The notes under the pieces are model-generated. The model did no database searches. It had not been told where the DNA came from and worked only from the letters and a program-made list of their open reading frames with translations. Both the position numbers and the translations under genes were made by a program. 64,000 bases of DNA from a virus (taxonomy: Duplodnaviria; Heunggongvirae; Uroviricota; Caudoviricetes), in IMG/VR virus record IMGVR_UViG_3300031994_000003, positions 130,820 to 194,819 of that record; one strand, given 5' to 3'. Positions 9,651-19,660 of this stretch are shown here, in pieces; the stretch's first letter is position 1; the number at the start of each line of letters is the position of its first letter.

Positions 9651-11648
9651 ATGATTTATGATATTCATACTAGAAATAAAAGTTTCTTAAAAGTATCTCA
9701 ACAGCTAAGACAAAAAGGTGTTAAGAATAACAAATTTATGTTGGTTTTATATGATGAAAGATTGGTTGGAGTTAATCCACATGATCCCAATTTAACTGCT
9801 GTAGAAAAAGCACGTATCAATGTAGAAGTAAGACGAAATAGATGGTATTTTTTAAGAGAAGTTGTTCGTATTCCTACAACTGGTTCTATGGGTATTCCAT
9901 ATGAATTAAATTTAGGAAATTTAGCACAGTCGTTTTCTGCTTGGAAGAATCTTAATTTTATATCGTTATTACCACGTCAGCAAGGTAAAACTATCGGATG
10001 TATTTGTGATGATGTCTGGGTTATGAATTTTGGAAGTACTAACTGCCAGATAATTTATTTAAATAAACAGTTCCCAGATGCAATTGAAAATGGTAGAAGA
10101 TATAAAAATATTAGAGCATTATTACCAGAGTACTTAATTAAACCATTAAGATCAAAAGATGATAAAGATAATCAAATTGAAAAATATAATGCACATGAGT
10201 CATTAAAGAATCAAATATTAATTAAGTCATCAGCAACAAGTACTGAAATGGCAGATAAACTAGGAAGAGGTTTAACTAGTGCCATAGTATATATTGATGA
10301 GTTAGCATTCGTTAATCATAACAAAATAATTTACGATGCGTGTGTTCCAGCATGGAAAACTGCTGCAGAAAATGCTGCTAAGAACGGAGTGCCTTATGGA
10401 CTTCATTTTACAACAACTCCAAATAATAAAGATGAAGCCAAAGCTGGTAAATGGGCATATCAATTTATACATGCACAATGTAGATTTAAATATCAATTTT
10501 ATGATATGTCAGATGATGAATTAAAAGATTTTATTAAACATAATTCACAAAATAACTTTGTCTGGATTCAATATTCATGGCAAGAAATTGGACGTTCTCA
10601 ACAATGGTTTGAAGATATGAAGCAACAAATGTCTTCATTATCTAAATTAAAACGTGAATTATTACTTGAATGGACAAAATCTACTGAAAATGGTTTATTC
10701 CATGAAGAAGACTTAGTTCCTATTTATAATGGAGTTAAGGATCCGGTATTTAATTTAAAAATAGGAAAGTATATGATTGATTTCTATGAAAAACCAGATT
10801 TTCTTGAAAGATATATAATGTCATGTGATGTATCTGGTGGTACTGGAAAAGATAACTCTGTTATAACATTTATCGATCCTGTAGATTTTCATATTGTAGC
10901 AGATTTTAGAAACCCTAAAATAGATACAGATGATTTTAGAAGATTAATTGAAGAATTGATGAGTATGTATTTTCCTAATGCATTGTTAGTAATAGAACGT
11001 AACTCATATGGAAAGAATATATTAGATTATTTAATGAAGAAACCTAATATTGAACCAAGAATGTTTAGAGAATTACGTAATCGTACAGCTGAAAGAGTTA
11101 CTGAAGATGGTATTAATGTTAAACAAAAACGCAAAACATTAGTTTATGGTGTTGATACAACATCTTCATCAAGAAAACAAATGTTCGATTTACTTCCTAA
11201 TATTGTACATGAAGAAGCAGCATCAATTGTATCTCCTAGATTAGCTGAAGATATTGCAAATCTTGTAGAATTACCAAATGGAAGAATAGAAGCAGATGAA
11301 GATGCACATGACGATAACATTATGTCATATCTAATTTTTAGATGGGCTGTTTATTATTCTGAATTCTTTAAACAAAGATTTGGAATTGGTCATACACCAT
11401 CTATCAAAGATCCTTCAAAGAAACGTTCTTTCAGACGTACAGGTAGTGCAGCTGCATTAGATCTTACAGAAAAAATTAATCACATTGAAAGAAAAGTAAA
11501 TTATACTGCAAGTGCATATGATAGACAATTTATTGAAGCATTAAAAGTACAAGAAATGAAAGATCAAGCATCTGGAGATTTTGAATATGCACAAAGTAAA
11601 TCTACTCATAATTCTCTGTTAGATAAAATAGTTAAATGGAATGATTAA
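9651..11648 (+). CDS. terL: Terminase large subunit
   Basis: Walker A PRQQGKT, GRG.T, Walker B IVYIDELAF, coupling TTTP, nuclease CDVSGG.GKD, IERNSYG, HDDNIMS; GAGGTG SD before ATG 9651. Confidence 0.92.
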   Translation: MIYDIHTRNKSFLKVSQQLRQKGVKNNKFMLVLYDERLVGVNPHDPNLTAVEKARINVEVRRNRWYFLREVVRIPTTGSMGIPYELNLGNLAQSFSAWKNLNFISLLPRQQGKTIGCICDDVWVMNFGSTNCQIIYLNKQFPDAIENGRRYKNIRALLPEYLIKPLRSKDDKDNQIEKYNAHESLKNQILIKSSATSTEMADKLGRGLTSAIVYIDELAFVNHNKIIYDACVPAWKTAAENAAKNGVPYGLHFTTTPNNKDEAKAGKWAYQFIHAQCRFKYQFYDMSDDELKDFIKHNSQNNFVWIQYSWQEIGRSQQWFEDMKQQMSSLSKLKRELLLEWTKSTENGLFHEEDLVPIYNGVKDPVFNLKIGKYMIDFYEKPDFLERYIMSCDVSGGTGKDNSVITFIDPVDFHIVADFRNPKIDTDDFRRLIEELMSMYFPNALLVIERNSYGKNILDYLMKKPNIEPRMFRELRNRTAERVTEDGINVKQKRKTLVYGVDTTSSSRKQMFDLLPNIVHEEAASIVSPRLAEDIANLVELPNGRIEADEDAHDDNIMSYLIFRWAVYYSEFFKQRFGIGHTPSIKDPSKKRSFRRTGSAAALDLTEKINHIERKVNYTASAYDRQFIEALKVQEMKDQASGDFEYAQSKSTHNSLLDKIVKWND

Positions 11649-11684
11649 TCATTCCATTTTTCTTTTTTTAAAAATAATGACATC

Positions 11685-11698
11685 AACAATTAATTATA
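11685..11698 (+). promoter_or_regulatory. Late-type promoter AACAATTAATTATA
   Basis: Recurrent motif upstream of the 11713 ORF. Confidence 0.65.
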
Positions 11699-11712
11699 AA
11701 AAATTATATTAA

Positions 11713-12585
11713 ATGAAGGGAGTGATTACCTTGTCATATACTCTAGGAAAGCAATTTGTTCTTGATGATGAAGATGAATTCGAAGAAGAAACAATTACAG
11801 AAAAAATATTAAGTCTTTCAGATAAATTATCAGAAGAAATCATCGTATCAAATATTGAAGATCATATCGCAAATAAGTACTCTAGTACTGAGAGAATGAA
11901 CTATGTAACACTATACAAAAATAAACTCGATGAATTAAAAGAAAAAGATGAAGATGTAAATACCGCAGAATTAAAAGACGGTATTTATGCAATTACTGAA
12001 AGAGTAATTAATATTGTGAAAGCAGGATTAAATGAAGAATATGCCGTAACAATTGGTGAAGATGTTGAAGACACTAATAATTTATATGCATACTTAGAAA
12101 ATATTGAAGCAATGTATGAGTTCTTCTTCATTAGAAACTATCAGAATATTGTTGATTTACTTTATACAAAATTAATAGCAGATAAGCAAAAATTTATTGA
12201 CTCTTATAAAGAAATTTATAATGAAACACAAGATAATGATATCTTTGTAACATTCTCAAAAAAGAAATTTAGAAATTTAAATGATGCAATTATTTCTAAT
12301 TATATTACAGACATTCTATATGATATTAAATCAACATATACGTCAGGATATCAATTATTTAAGGATATTGTGAATCTAGACCTTTATGAAATGTATAATT
12401 TTAAGATTAATAATTTATTAGATGATTTAGGTACAGGATTAGTATTTTTAAATGATGAGATTGCTGCTGAGCAATATTTAGGTATTCTTGATAATAAAGA
12501 AATGTTTATTGAAATTAGAAATGAAGTTTTATTAAAATTTTTAGAAAATGTGGAAGTAGATACAACTTATGGACAAGCAGAATAG
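11713..12585 (+). CDS. Hypothetical acidic protein (late operon)
   Basis: 290-aa ORF; the true start may be the TTG at 11731 after GGGGAG. Confidence 0.75.
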   Translation: MKGVITLSYTLGKQFVLDDEDEFEEETITEKILSLSDKLSEEIIVSNIEDHIANKYSSTERMNYVTLYKNKLDELKEKDEDVNTAELKDGIYAITERVINIVKAGLNEEYAVTIGEDVEDTNNLYAYLENIEAMYEFFFIRNYQNIVDLLYTKLIADKQKFIDSYKEIYNETQDNDIFVTFSKKKFRNLNDAIISNYITDILYDIKSTYTSGYQLFKDIVNLDLYEMYNFKINNLLDDLGTGLVFLNDEIAAEQYLGILDNKEMFIEIRNEVLLKFLENVEVDTTYGQAE

Positions 12586-13369
12586 AGAAAAAATTGAAGA
12601 ATTTCTAAGAGAGAACAATATTGATCCTAAAGAATTGGATCAAAAAAAGCTTATTTTATTAAAGAATATAAAACTTGATGAATTATTTCAAGTTTATTTA
12701 AAAGTAAAAGATATTCATGAACGTCGTAATGATATGATTCTCGAAGATGTTGCATTAGATAAGATGGCAACATTTTTACCAAACATTTCATTTAAGCAAT
12801 TCACTGAATTAAAATCAATATTAAAAGATCATGATTCTATGAGATATAATTATTTCATATCAAAAAATCCTGATTTATTGTATGATCCATCAGGTACAAG
12901 TGAATCTCCAATTAAATGGTGGGAGCCTATGCTTGAACTAGAGGATGCCCAGGTATTACTGTATAAAGACTTTATTGATAATCCTAATAAACTAAATGAT
13001 ATGTTAGTTTCTAAAGATAAGAAAGTAAGAGAAAATGCTAAAAATATTCAAAACTTATTTACTGCAAAATTTTTAAATATTGAAAAAAGTAATTCTCCAT
13101 ATTTAATGAATAGAAAACTATTTTTACAAAAACATCCTAACTATTCTGCACAATTAAAATATATTGAGGCAGGTCTTAAATCTCTAGATGTTGATTGTAA
13201 TTTAGTATTAAGCTCTATAATTAAAGCATCAAAATCTGGCTCTGATTATAATGTTTATTTATTTGATAAAATTCTGACACGTTTAACGTATTTATTAGAA
13301 GACAAAGAATTAAAACATGAATCTAACCGTGAATATTTAATGAAAATTAAGTCTTTTTCGAACAATTAA
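12569..13369 (+). CDS. Hypothetical protein
   Basis: Overlaps the upstream gene end; 266 aa. Confidence 0.75.
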   Translation: MDKQNREKIEEFLRENNIDPKELDQKKLILLKNIKLDELFQVYLKVKDIHERRNDMILEDVALDKMATFLPNISFKQFTELKSILKDHDSMRYNYFISKNPDLLYDPSGTSESPIKWWEPMLELEDAQVLLYKDFIDNPNKLNDMLVSKDKKVRENAKNIQNLFTAKFLNIEKSNSPYLMNRKLFLQKHPNYSAQLKYIEAGLKSLDVDCNLVLSSIIKASKSGSDYNVYLFDKILTRLTYLLEDKELKHESNREYLMKIKSFSNN

Positions 13370-13374
13370 TTATA
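13361..13374 (+). promoter_or_regulatory. Late-type promoter AACAATTAATTATA
   Basis: Recurrent motif overlapping the stop of the previous gene. Confidence 0.65.
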
Positions 13375-13398
13375 TATTAAAATGAAAGGGACGATTAT

Positions 13399-13977
13399 AT
13401 GAAGCCACTATCTATATTAAATGAAAGTTATATTCAATATAAAAATATTACAGAAAATGCAGAAGTTGAAGCAAAGAAGAATATTGATAGTATTCTAGAA
13501 TTTGTTGAAGATATTACTAAAGATTTAAAATTAAATGAGGATTTAGATATTACATCTCCTGAATATTTTACATTCAAGTCAGCATTCAATTTCGTTTCAA
13601 ATAAGAATGAGACTGAACGAGGATTTGCAACATTATTAAGAAATAGAGATAAAAATTTATTTGAAATGGTTAATGCTGTAGAGTGTGCTCGTATTGTAAA
13701 TAAATTAGAAGGTGTAACAGAATCATCTTTAATTGAATCTTTAAATCATGTATTTTCAGATAATTCGGTTCTTACTGAAGATCATAAAGTATTAGTAGAA
13801 AATTATACTGATATTAGGGGATTAATTAAGTCTTTAAATGAAGATTATAAATCAAATTATGATAATATTAGTGATATAATGAAATCTATAACTAAAGATG
13901 ATGTTGAGAAATTAACAGAATCTGTAACAAAAGTATTATTAATTGAAGAAATAGTTTCATCTCTTCTAGGTGATTAA
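13399..13977 (+). CDS. Putative prohead core/internal head protein
   Basis: Dense [LIV]xE motifs (LNES, ITEN, LNED, VTES, LIES, LTED, LVEN, LTES); late-type promoter. Confidence 0.55.
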   Translation: MKPLSILNESYIQYKNITENAEVEAKKNIDSILEFVEDITKDLKLNEDLDITSPEYFTFKSAFNFVSNKNETERGFATLLRNRDKNLFEMVNAVECARIVNKLEGVTESSLIESLNHVFSDNSVLTEDHKVLVENYTDIRGLIKSLNEDYKSNYDNISDIMKSITKDDVEKLTESVTKVLLIEEIVSSLLGD

Positions 13978-14461
13978 TATGATTATTAGTGAAGAGTCTA
14001 AAGAATTACAAAAATTAAACGAAATGTATTTAGACGTATCTTCGGCTCTTCCAACTAATATTGAAAACTCAGTATATTATCCAAAAATCCGTCATTTATT
14101 ATTTTCAGAGATTGTTGGGTTCTGTAAAGAACGTACTGATCTTAAACAAGATTTGAATATTTTACGTGATTTAGTTGGAGAATCAATGAGTGAAGCTGAA
14201 ATACGTCAATACTTAGATGGTTTAAAAGAAAAATATAATGGATTTGTCAATAATGTTGGCCTTGATTATCATATTGAACAAACTAGAATAGATTATGGTG
14301 TTCCAGTATTTGTTGTTATAAAGCGTGATTTTATTTACATGAAAAAGTTTGTATTTAGATTCAAGAAAAAAGATATAAGTGCTGGTGTCGGTGATCTTAA
14401 TACTCTAGGTTTATTAAAGAAAAATATTGTTGATGCAATCAATGGAGAGAGTGATAAATAA
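13970..14461 (+). CDS. Hypothetical protein
   Basis: Translationally coupled ORF, 163 aa. Confidence 0.7.
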   Translation: MINMIISEESKELQKLNEMYLDVSSALPTNIENSVYYPKIRHLLFSEIVGFCKERTDLKQDLNILRDLVGESMSEAEIRQYLDGLKEKYNGFVNNVGLDYHIEQTRIDYGVPVFVVIKRDFIYMKKFVFRFKKKDISAGVGDLNTLGLLKKNIVDAINGESDK

Positions 14462-15204
14462 TGTACTCATTTTTAAAAGAAGATACTTTTGGATTACGTC
14501 ACCAATTAACATTTATTGGAGATAAATTAGAATTTTATATTCCACAAAGCTACTTTGATCAAAATTTAGCTTCTATTGTTGGTGACTATATTGAAGTTAT
14601 AGGCTTATTATGGTTCAAAGCTGATGGTAAATGGTATGAACTTACACTTCCATTAAAGTTTATGTTTGGCTATTCATTACAAGAGAAATTCTCTGGTAAA
14701 ATGAGACCAAATATGCAGAATATGGATTACATTATATTTACATTAGAAAAAGGCGATGCCTTCTGTTATGATATAAATCATAGAAAGAATGTTGATGATA
14801 TAATGTTATTCTCAGCTAAATTAATGGAAGGCGGCAAAATGCCTAGATCAATTGGTTATGATGAGATATTAGTAATTATGCATAATGCACTACAAGCTAC
14901 TGACGTTGGTGATTTAGGTGTATCATCATTAACATTTGAAATTCTATTAGCTGAGCTATATAGAAATAAAGGCAAAGTAACAGAGCCTTTTAGATTTTAT
15001 TATAACAAGCATCCTAATGCTATATATGATTATAAAATGATCCCAGTTACTAAACTTCCAGAATTAACAAGTACATTCACTGGACTTATGGGTGAAGATA
15101 ATAAGCAGCAAATTGTTGCCGCTGTTATGAATGGACGTTTAAGAAAAGAAGGATTAATTGGAGAGGAAAAGATTTCTCCAGCAGAAAAATTAATAAAATT
15201 TTAA
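14461..15204 (+). CDS. RNA polymerase beta' C-terminal fragment (probably a virion RNAP subunit)
   Basis: FEILLAELYR resembles beta' HIEVIVRQM; VTKLPELTSTFTGLMGED resembles ITKASL..ESFLSAASFQE; terminal SPAEKLI; lies in a late-type operon. Confidence 0.6.
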   Translation: MYSFLKEDTFGLRHQLTFIGDKLEFYIPQSYFDQNLASIVGDYIEVIGLLWFKADGKWYELTLPLKFMFGYSLQEKFSGKMRPNMQNMDYIIFTLEKGDAFCYDINHRKNVDDIMLFSAKLMEGGKMPRSIGYDEILVIMHNALQATDVGDLGVSSLTFEILLAELYRNKGKVTEPFRFYYNKHPNAIYDYKMIPVTKLPELTSTFTGLMGEDNKQQIVAAVMNGRLRKEGLIGEEKISPAEKLIKF

Positions 15205-15211
15205 CAGAAAA

Positions 15212-15241
15212 AAAGAAATATCATTTAAAAGATATTTCTTT
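15212..15241 (+). terminator. Intrinsic terminator
   Basis: AAAGAAATATC-ATTTAAAA-GATATTTCTTT. Confidence 0.6.
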
Positions 15242-15265
15242 GATTTGTTAATCATTCCTTCTTTT

Positions 15266-15274
15266 ATATATTAT
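15266..15274 (+). promoter_or_regulatory. Putative early promoter ATATATTAT for the beta' gene; 5' hairpin at 15311-15329
   Basis: Motif recurrence; ACATACT-TATAT-AGTATGT before the GAGGAG SD. Confidence 0.55.
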
Positions 15275-15345
15275 ATCTGTGGCCATAAATAATCACTATT
15301 CATTAGGCAGACATACTTATATAGTATGTTTTGAGGAGTGGTTAA

Positions 15346-17217
15346 ATGGACCAATTTAATCTTGATTCTTTAATGAGCTCATATGACAATTATGTCGAGG
15401 TTAAAGAATCTCTAAAACGTGAGCTCACTTCTGATTTTGCATTAAGAAAAGAAAATGCTGCACTTATTCTTAATGGTGAAATTATTGAAATGAGCAAAGG
15501 ACAAGTTTTATTAAACTTAATGTTATTAGATTTCTTCGTAGAACGTGGAATAAGAATTGAGAGAGAGGATATATATTTACATGACTCAGTTACAACTAAG
15601 TATATAAATAATTATATGAATCATTATCTTACACGTTATGGAAAATCTAATAAAAATAACTATGATGAATTCAGACATTCAGTTGCTGAAACATTGAATG
15701 AATTATCAGATATTGCATATTATCTTAATGTATTAGCAGGTAATAGCTTATCTTTAGCAGACTTTGTTGAAGTTATTGCTACTGATGAAGACGCACGACA
15801 TCTATTTAGACCTGAAATACCAAGAGGATTGCAATTTAATGAAATTGAAGATTTATTCCATAAGTTAGCGAAATCATTAATGAATTATTTTAAATCTCAT
15901 AGAAATTTAGAATTAAATCCATATTGTATTTCTGGAACAGGAATAAATGAAAAACAATTCGTTCAATTGGCTGGATTTGTTGGTTTAAAACCAGATATGC
16001 ATAGTGGAGTTATTCCAGTAGTTAATAAAGATAATTTCTTATATGGCTTAACATCATTAGAAAATTATTATATTAATTGTATGGGTACTCGTAAAGCATT
16101 ATGTACAAACTATACATATGTACGAAGAAGTGGTTATTTAACAAGAAAACTTTCGTTAGCATGTGTTGATATTGAGGTTAATCCAGATTATACAGATTGT
16201 GGAACAAAACACTATGTTGTTTATTCTGTAGATAACATCAAGAAATTAAATGCTATCATTGGTCGTCATTATTATGATCTTGATGATGGTGATGGAAAAA
16301 TTAATGATGAATTAAAAACAATTACACCATTCTCTACTGAATTAATCGGAAAGAAGATTGGTTTAAGATCTCCAGTAACATGTAAAAAAGATCATGGTAT
16401 CTGTGCTACATGTTATGGAAAAGAATTAGCAGAAAAGAACAGACATATAAATTGTGGTTTAAATGCAGTTTATTTATTAACAAACCCATTAACACAAAGA
16501 TTATTATCTGCAAAACATTTACTTTCTACTAATACTGAAAAAGTTGATTTTGGTGAAGACTTTAATGAAGCATTCACTGTAAATCTTGATAAGATCTACT
16601 TTAATGAATTATCTGATACTATTATCGAATTCGATCTTCCTGCAGCAGATGATTATGATGAAGATATGGATACTTACTTAATTCGTAAAATTAAAGTAAC
16701 AGATCTTGAAACAAAGAAATCCTTTGAATATGAATCTCCAGTAGATCTATATATAAATCCTAAAATTAAAATTAGTGATGATGAAGATGTAGTTACAGTT
16801 TCATCAAAAACATTTAATGATTATTTATTTGAATATGTTGTTAAAAATAATGAATTAACTAAATCATTAGAAAATATTGTAAATTTAATTGAATCTAGTA
16901 GTCATCTAGGTGTGACAACTTATTCTGGATTAGTAAATATGTTTATGGATTTATTAATTGAAAATGATCTAGGATATATTAATTCAGTGCATAATGAAAT
17001 CATTTGTTCTGTATTAATTAGAGACATTGAAACAGGAAAACCATTAAATTTCTCAAATGATACTTTAAATTCATATAAAATTATTCGTGTATCTAAATCC
17101 GTTATGAGCGGACCAATTTCTAAATCATTAGCATTTGAACGTCTAAACGATCAATTTAGTGATTTAGATACTTATACTAAGGATGATGTAAGTTATTTCG
17201 ATTATTTATATAATTAA
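15346..17217 (+). CDS. rpoC: RNA polymerase beta' subunit, C-terminal half (probably non-virion RNAP)
   Basis: Bridge helix RKALCTNYTYVRRSGYLTRKL, DCGT, Zn site RSPVTC...GICATCYG, trigger-loop TQRLLSAKH, C-terminal SVHNEII and SLAFE; no DxDGD motif, so the subunit is split. Confidence 0.9.
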   Translation: MDQFNLDSLMSSYDNYVEVKESLKRELTSDFALRKENAALILNGEIIEMSKGQVLLNLMLLDFFVERGIRIEREDIYLHDSVTTKYINNYMNHYLTRYGKSNKNNYDEFRHSVAETLNELSDIAYYLNVLAGNSLSLADFVEVIATDEDARHLFRPEIPRGLQFNEIEDLFHKLAKSLMNYFKSHRNLELNPYCISGTGINEKQFVQLAGFVGLKPDMHSGVIPVVNKDNFLYGLTSLENYYINCMGTRKALCTNYTYVRRSGYLTRKLSLACVDIEVNPDYTDCGTKHYVVYSVDNIKKLNAIIGRHYYDLDDGDGKINDELKTITPFSTELIGKKIGLRSPVTCKKDHGICATCYGKELAEKNRHINCGLNAVYLLTNPLTQRLLSAKHLLSTNTEKVDFGEDFNEAFTVNLDKIYFNELSDTIIEFDLPAADDYDEDMDTYLIRKIKVTDLETKKSFEYESPVDLYINPKIKISDDEDVVTVSSKTFNDYLFEYVVKNNELTKSLENIVNLIESSSHLGVTTYSGLVNMFMDLLIENDLGYINSVHNEIICSVLIRDIETGKPLNFSNDTLNSYKIIRVSKSVMSGPISKSLAFERLNDQFSDLDTYTKDDVSYFDYLYN

Positions 17218-17253
17218 TATTAATAAAAAAATATTTTTAAAAATATTTTCTTT

Positions 17254-17267
17254 AACAATTAATTATA
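17254..17267 (+). promoter_or_regulatory. Late-type promoter AACAATTAATTATA
   Basis: Recurrent motif. Confidence 0.65.
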
Positions 17268-17286
17268 AATATAAAAGGAAGAGATT

Positions 17287-18222
17287 ATGGAATCTAAATA
17301 TAAGATAATTAGAATAGAACGAATAATGAATGAATTAGCTAGATATATAACAAATGCAGATAAAAATTACATTCAAGAAAAACTTGATGAGGCTGCAAGG
17401 CTTTCTACTGATGGAAGAAATATTTCTTCCATCTTAGAACCAACTATTAAAGTTCTTATAAAAGAATGGTCTGAGAAATCTAAACTATTCTATTTATATG
17501 ACCTAAAATTAATAGATCCACCTCCAAGAGCATGTTATGATATCATGATTGCATCAGATGCAGATGATATAATTATTCCTATTGATATTAAAATTAGTAA
17601 TTTTGAATCAAATAGCGCTGATAATTTAAACTTTGAAACAAGTGTATCATTTATCGCAGCCGGTGCAGAAATGGAAAAATCTGGCAGACAAAAAGAAACA
17701 ATAAAGAAGAATTTAAAGCAACTAAATAAGGAGAAGAGACCTCCAATAGATTTTTATTATTTAGTAGTTGATAAGAATCTAGATTATAATGAAGATGGTT
17801 CGCTTCATATTTATTATACTTCAATTTTAACAATGAAAGAAATTTCATCAAATGCATCTAATGGTATTCAAGCAAATTGGACTAAGAACATTGAAGCTGG
17901 AAGAACTTGTTTAATAGAACCAACAGAAGAAATGTTAAATAATGACGATCATGCAGAATTACCACGGAGAGTTTATCGTTCATATGAAGATAGTATAACA
18001 TTACTAATTGATAAAATGAAAGAATCTATTGAAAAGAGAATGATACAAGTTAGAAAAGATAGACAAAATCTTAGACTTATATCATCTATGATGCATGATA
18101 GATCATTGGGAGAACTTCCTGATGATAATGAAGATAATGAAGAACCAATGTTATTATTAGAAGAACCTGAAAGGATAGAAGAGATTAATGATACAGGTGA
18201 GCAACAACTCGATAATAATTAG
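17287..18222 (+). CDS. PD-(D/E)XK restriction-endonuclease-like nuclease
   Basis: YDIMI...IPIDIKIS fits D..(D/E)xK; DFYYLVVDK and SN..NGIQANW resemble type II REase segments. Confidence 0.5.
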   Translation: MESKYKIIRIERIMNELARYITNADKNYIQEKLDEAARLSTDGRNISSILEPTIKVLIKEWSEKSKLFYLYDLKLIDPPPRACYDIMIASDADDIIIPIDIKISNFESNSADNLNFETSVSFIAAGAEMEKSGRQKETIKKNLKQLNKEKRPPIDFYYLVVDKNLDYNEDGSLHIYYTSILTMKEISSNASNGIQANWTKNIEAGRTCLIEPTEEMLNNDDHAELPRRVYRSYEDSITLLIDKMKESIEKRMIQVRKDRQNLRLISSMMHDRSLGELPDDNEDNEEPMLLLEEPERIEEINDTGEQQLDNN

Positions 18223-19612
18223 AAATGTTGATTTTGCTTCTACTGAGTATTTAAATTTTATGAAATCTTTTTCAATCTATGATAATTTATATCATAAATT
18301 TACTAGTCCTATAATAACAACTGTTAATAATGATGTTTATGTTCCTGCGACAATAGGTGCAGATTATATAAGATATTATTTTCCAAAGAAGACTATATCA
18401 TATGTTAATATGAATGCCAATGCTCAGGACATGTATTATCTGATGAAAAATCGTCCTCGTGATGATATTCAAGCTAATGCTATAAAATTCTTATCTATGA
18501 TGAAAAATGATAAATATTCTAAGCAAAGATTTTTATCATTAGGCACAGGTAAAGGAAAAACATTTGTTACAATTACTATGATTGGTTTGTTTAGAAAAAA
18601 GGCCATGATTATAATTGGACGAGATAATTTAGCAGATCAGTGGAAAACTCAATTTCTTAAACACTCAGATATAAAAGAGGATAGAATTAAAATTTTATCT
18701 GGTAGAGAGTCGGTAGAAGAAGCAAAAGCAAACCCTGATAAATATGATGTTTATATTGCAATTCATAAAACACTTAAAATGTTATTAGATGAAGATCCAA
18801 ATTCATTAAATGAATTAAATAATATTATTGGAATAGGATTTAGAGTATTTGATGAAGCTCATTTAAATTTTAAGAATATTTGTAATATTAACTCATTAAG
18901 TAATGTAGAATATACATTATATTTAACCGCAACTCCGTCTAGAAGCGGCTTCAGAGAAGACACATTATATGGAAAGGTCTTTAAGAGAGTTCCATATTTT
19001 AACGGTCTCAAGGAAGAAAATATTGGACGTTATATCAATGTAGTATTATATAAATTTTCATCGAATCCTGATGATAAAACCAAAATTGCATGTAATACCA
19101 AGAAAGGATTTTCTGGTCAATTATGGAGCAGATGGTTAGAATGTGGTGGCTATGATTTATTTTATAATACAGTACTAGATATAATTAGAAAGTTTAAATT
19201 AATAGAACAGAATACAAAAACAGCAATTGTGTTACCAACCATTAATTTAATAAAAAAACTAAAGAAAGATTTAGATGAAGAATTATCATTAGAATGTGGA
19301 ATATATATTGGCGGTGCTAAAGAAGAAGAAAACCGTGAGAAAGCAATTAATAGTTTGATATTTATAACTAATGATAAAATGTTTGGTGAAGGTATTGATA
19401 TTCAAGATTTAGAAGTATTAGTGAATTTTGTTCCATTTACTTCAGAGATAAGACTTGAACAATTAATGGGAAGAATTAGATTTGGTGAAGACAAATCACA
19501 TGTTTATATTGATGTTACAGATGTTGGATTTCCAAAATGTAAAACTCAATTATATGCAAGAAAAAAATTCTTCCAAAAGAAAGCCAAAACACTTCATGAA
19601 ATGAAAATTTAA
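18188..19612 (+). CDS. SF2 (DEAH) DNA helicase, UvsW/ResIII-like
   Basis: GTGKGKT, FDEAH, LTATP, GEGIDI, QLMGRIR. Confidence 0.9.
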   Translation: MIQVSNNSIIIRNVDFASTEYLNFMKSFSIYDNLYHKFTSPIITTVNNDVYVPATIGADYIRYYFPKKTISYVNMNANAQDMYYLMKNRPRDDIQANAIKFLSMMKNDKYSKQRFLSLGTGKGKTFVTITMIGLFRKKAMIIIGRDNLADQWKTQFLKHSDIKEDRIKILSGRESVEEAKANPDKYDVYIAIHKTLKMLLDEDPNSLNELNNIIGIGFRVFDEAHLNFKNICNINSLSNVEYTLYLTATPSRSGFREDTLYGKVFKRVPYFNGLKEENIGRYINVVLYKFSSNPDDKTKIACNTKKGFSGQLWSRWLECGGYDLFYNTVLDIIRKFKLIEQNTKTAIVLPTINLIKKLKKDLDEELSLECGIYIGGAKEEENREKAINSLIFITNDKMFGEGIDIQDLEVLVNFVPFTSEIRLEQLMGRIRFGEDKSHVYIDVTDVGFPKCKTQLYARKKFFQKKAKTLHEMKI

Positions 19613-19660
19613 AAATTGATATTTGACAACTTAATATGAAAGGACAATTGATTTATTATT

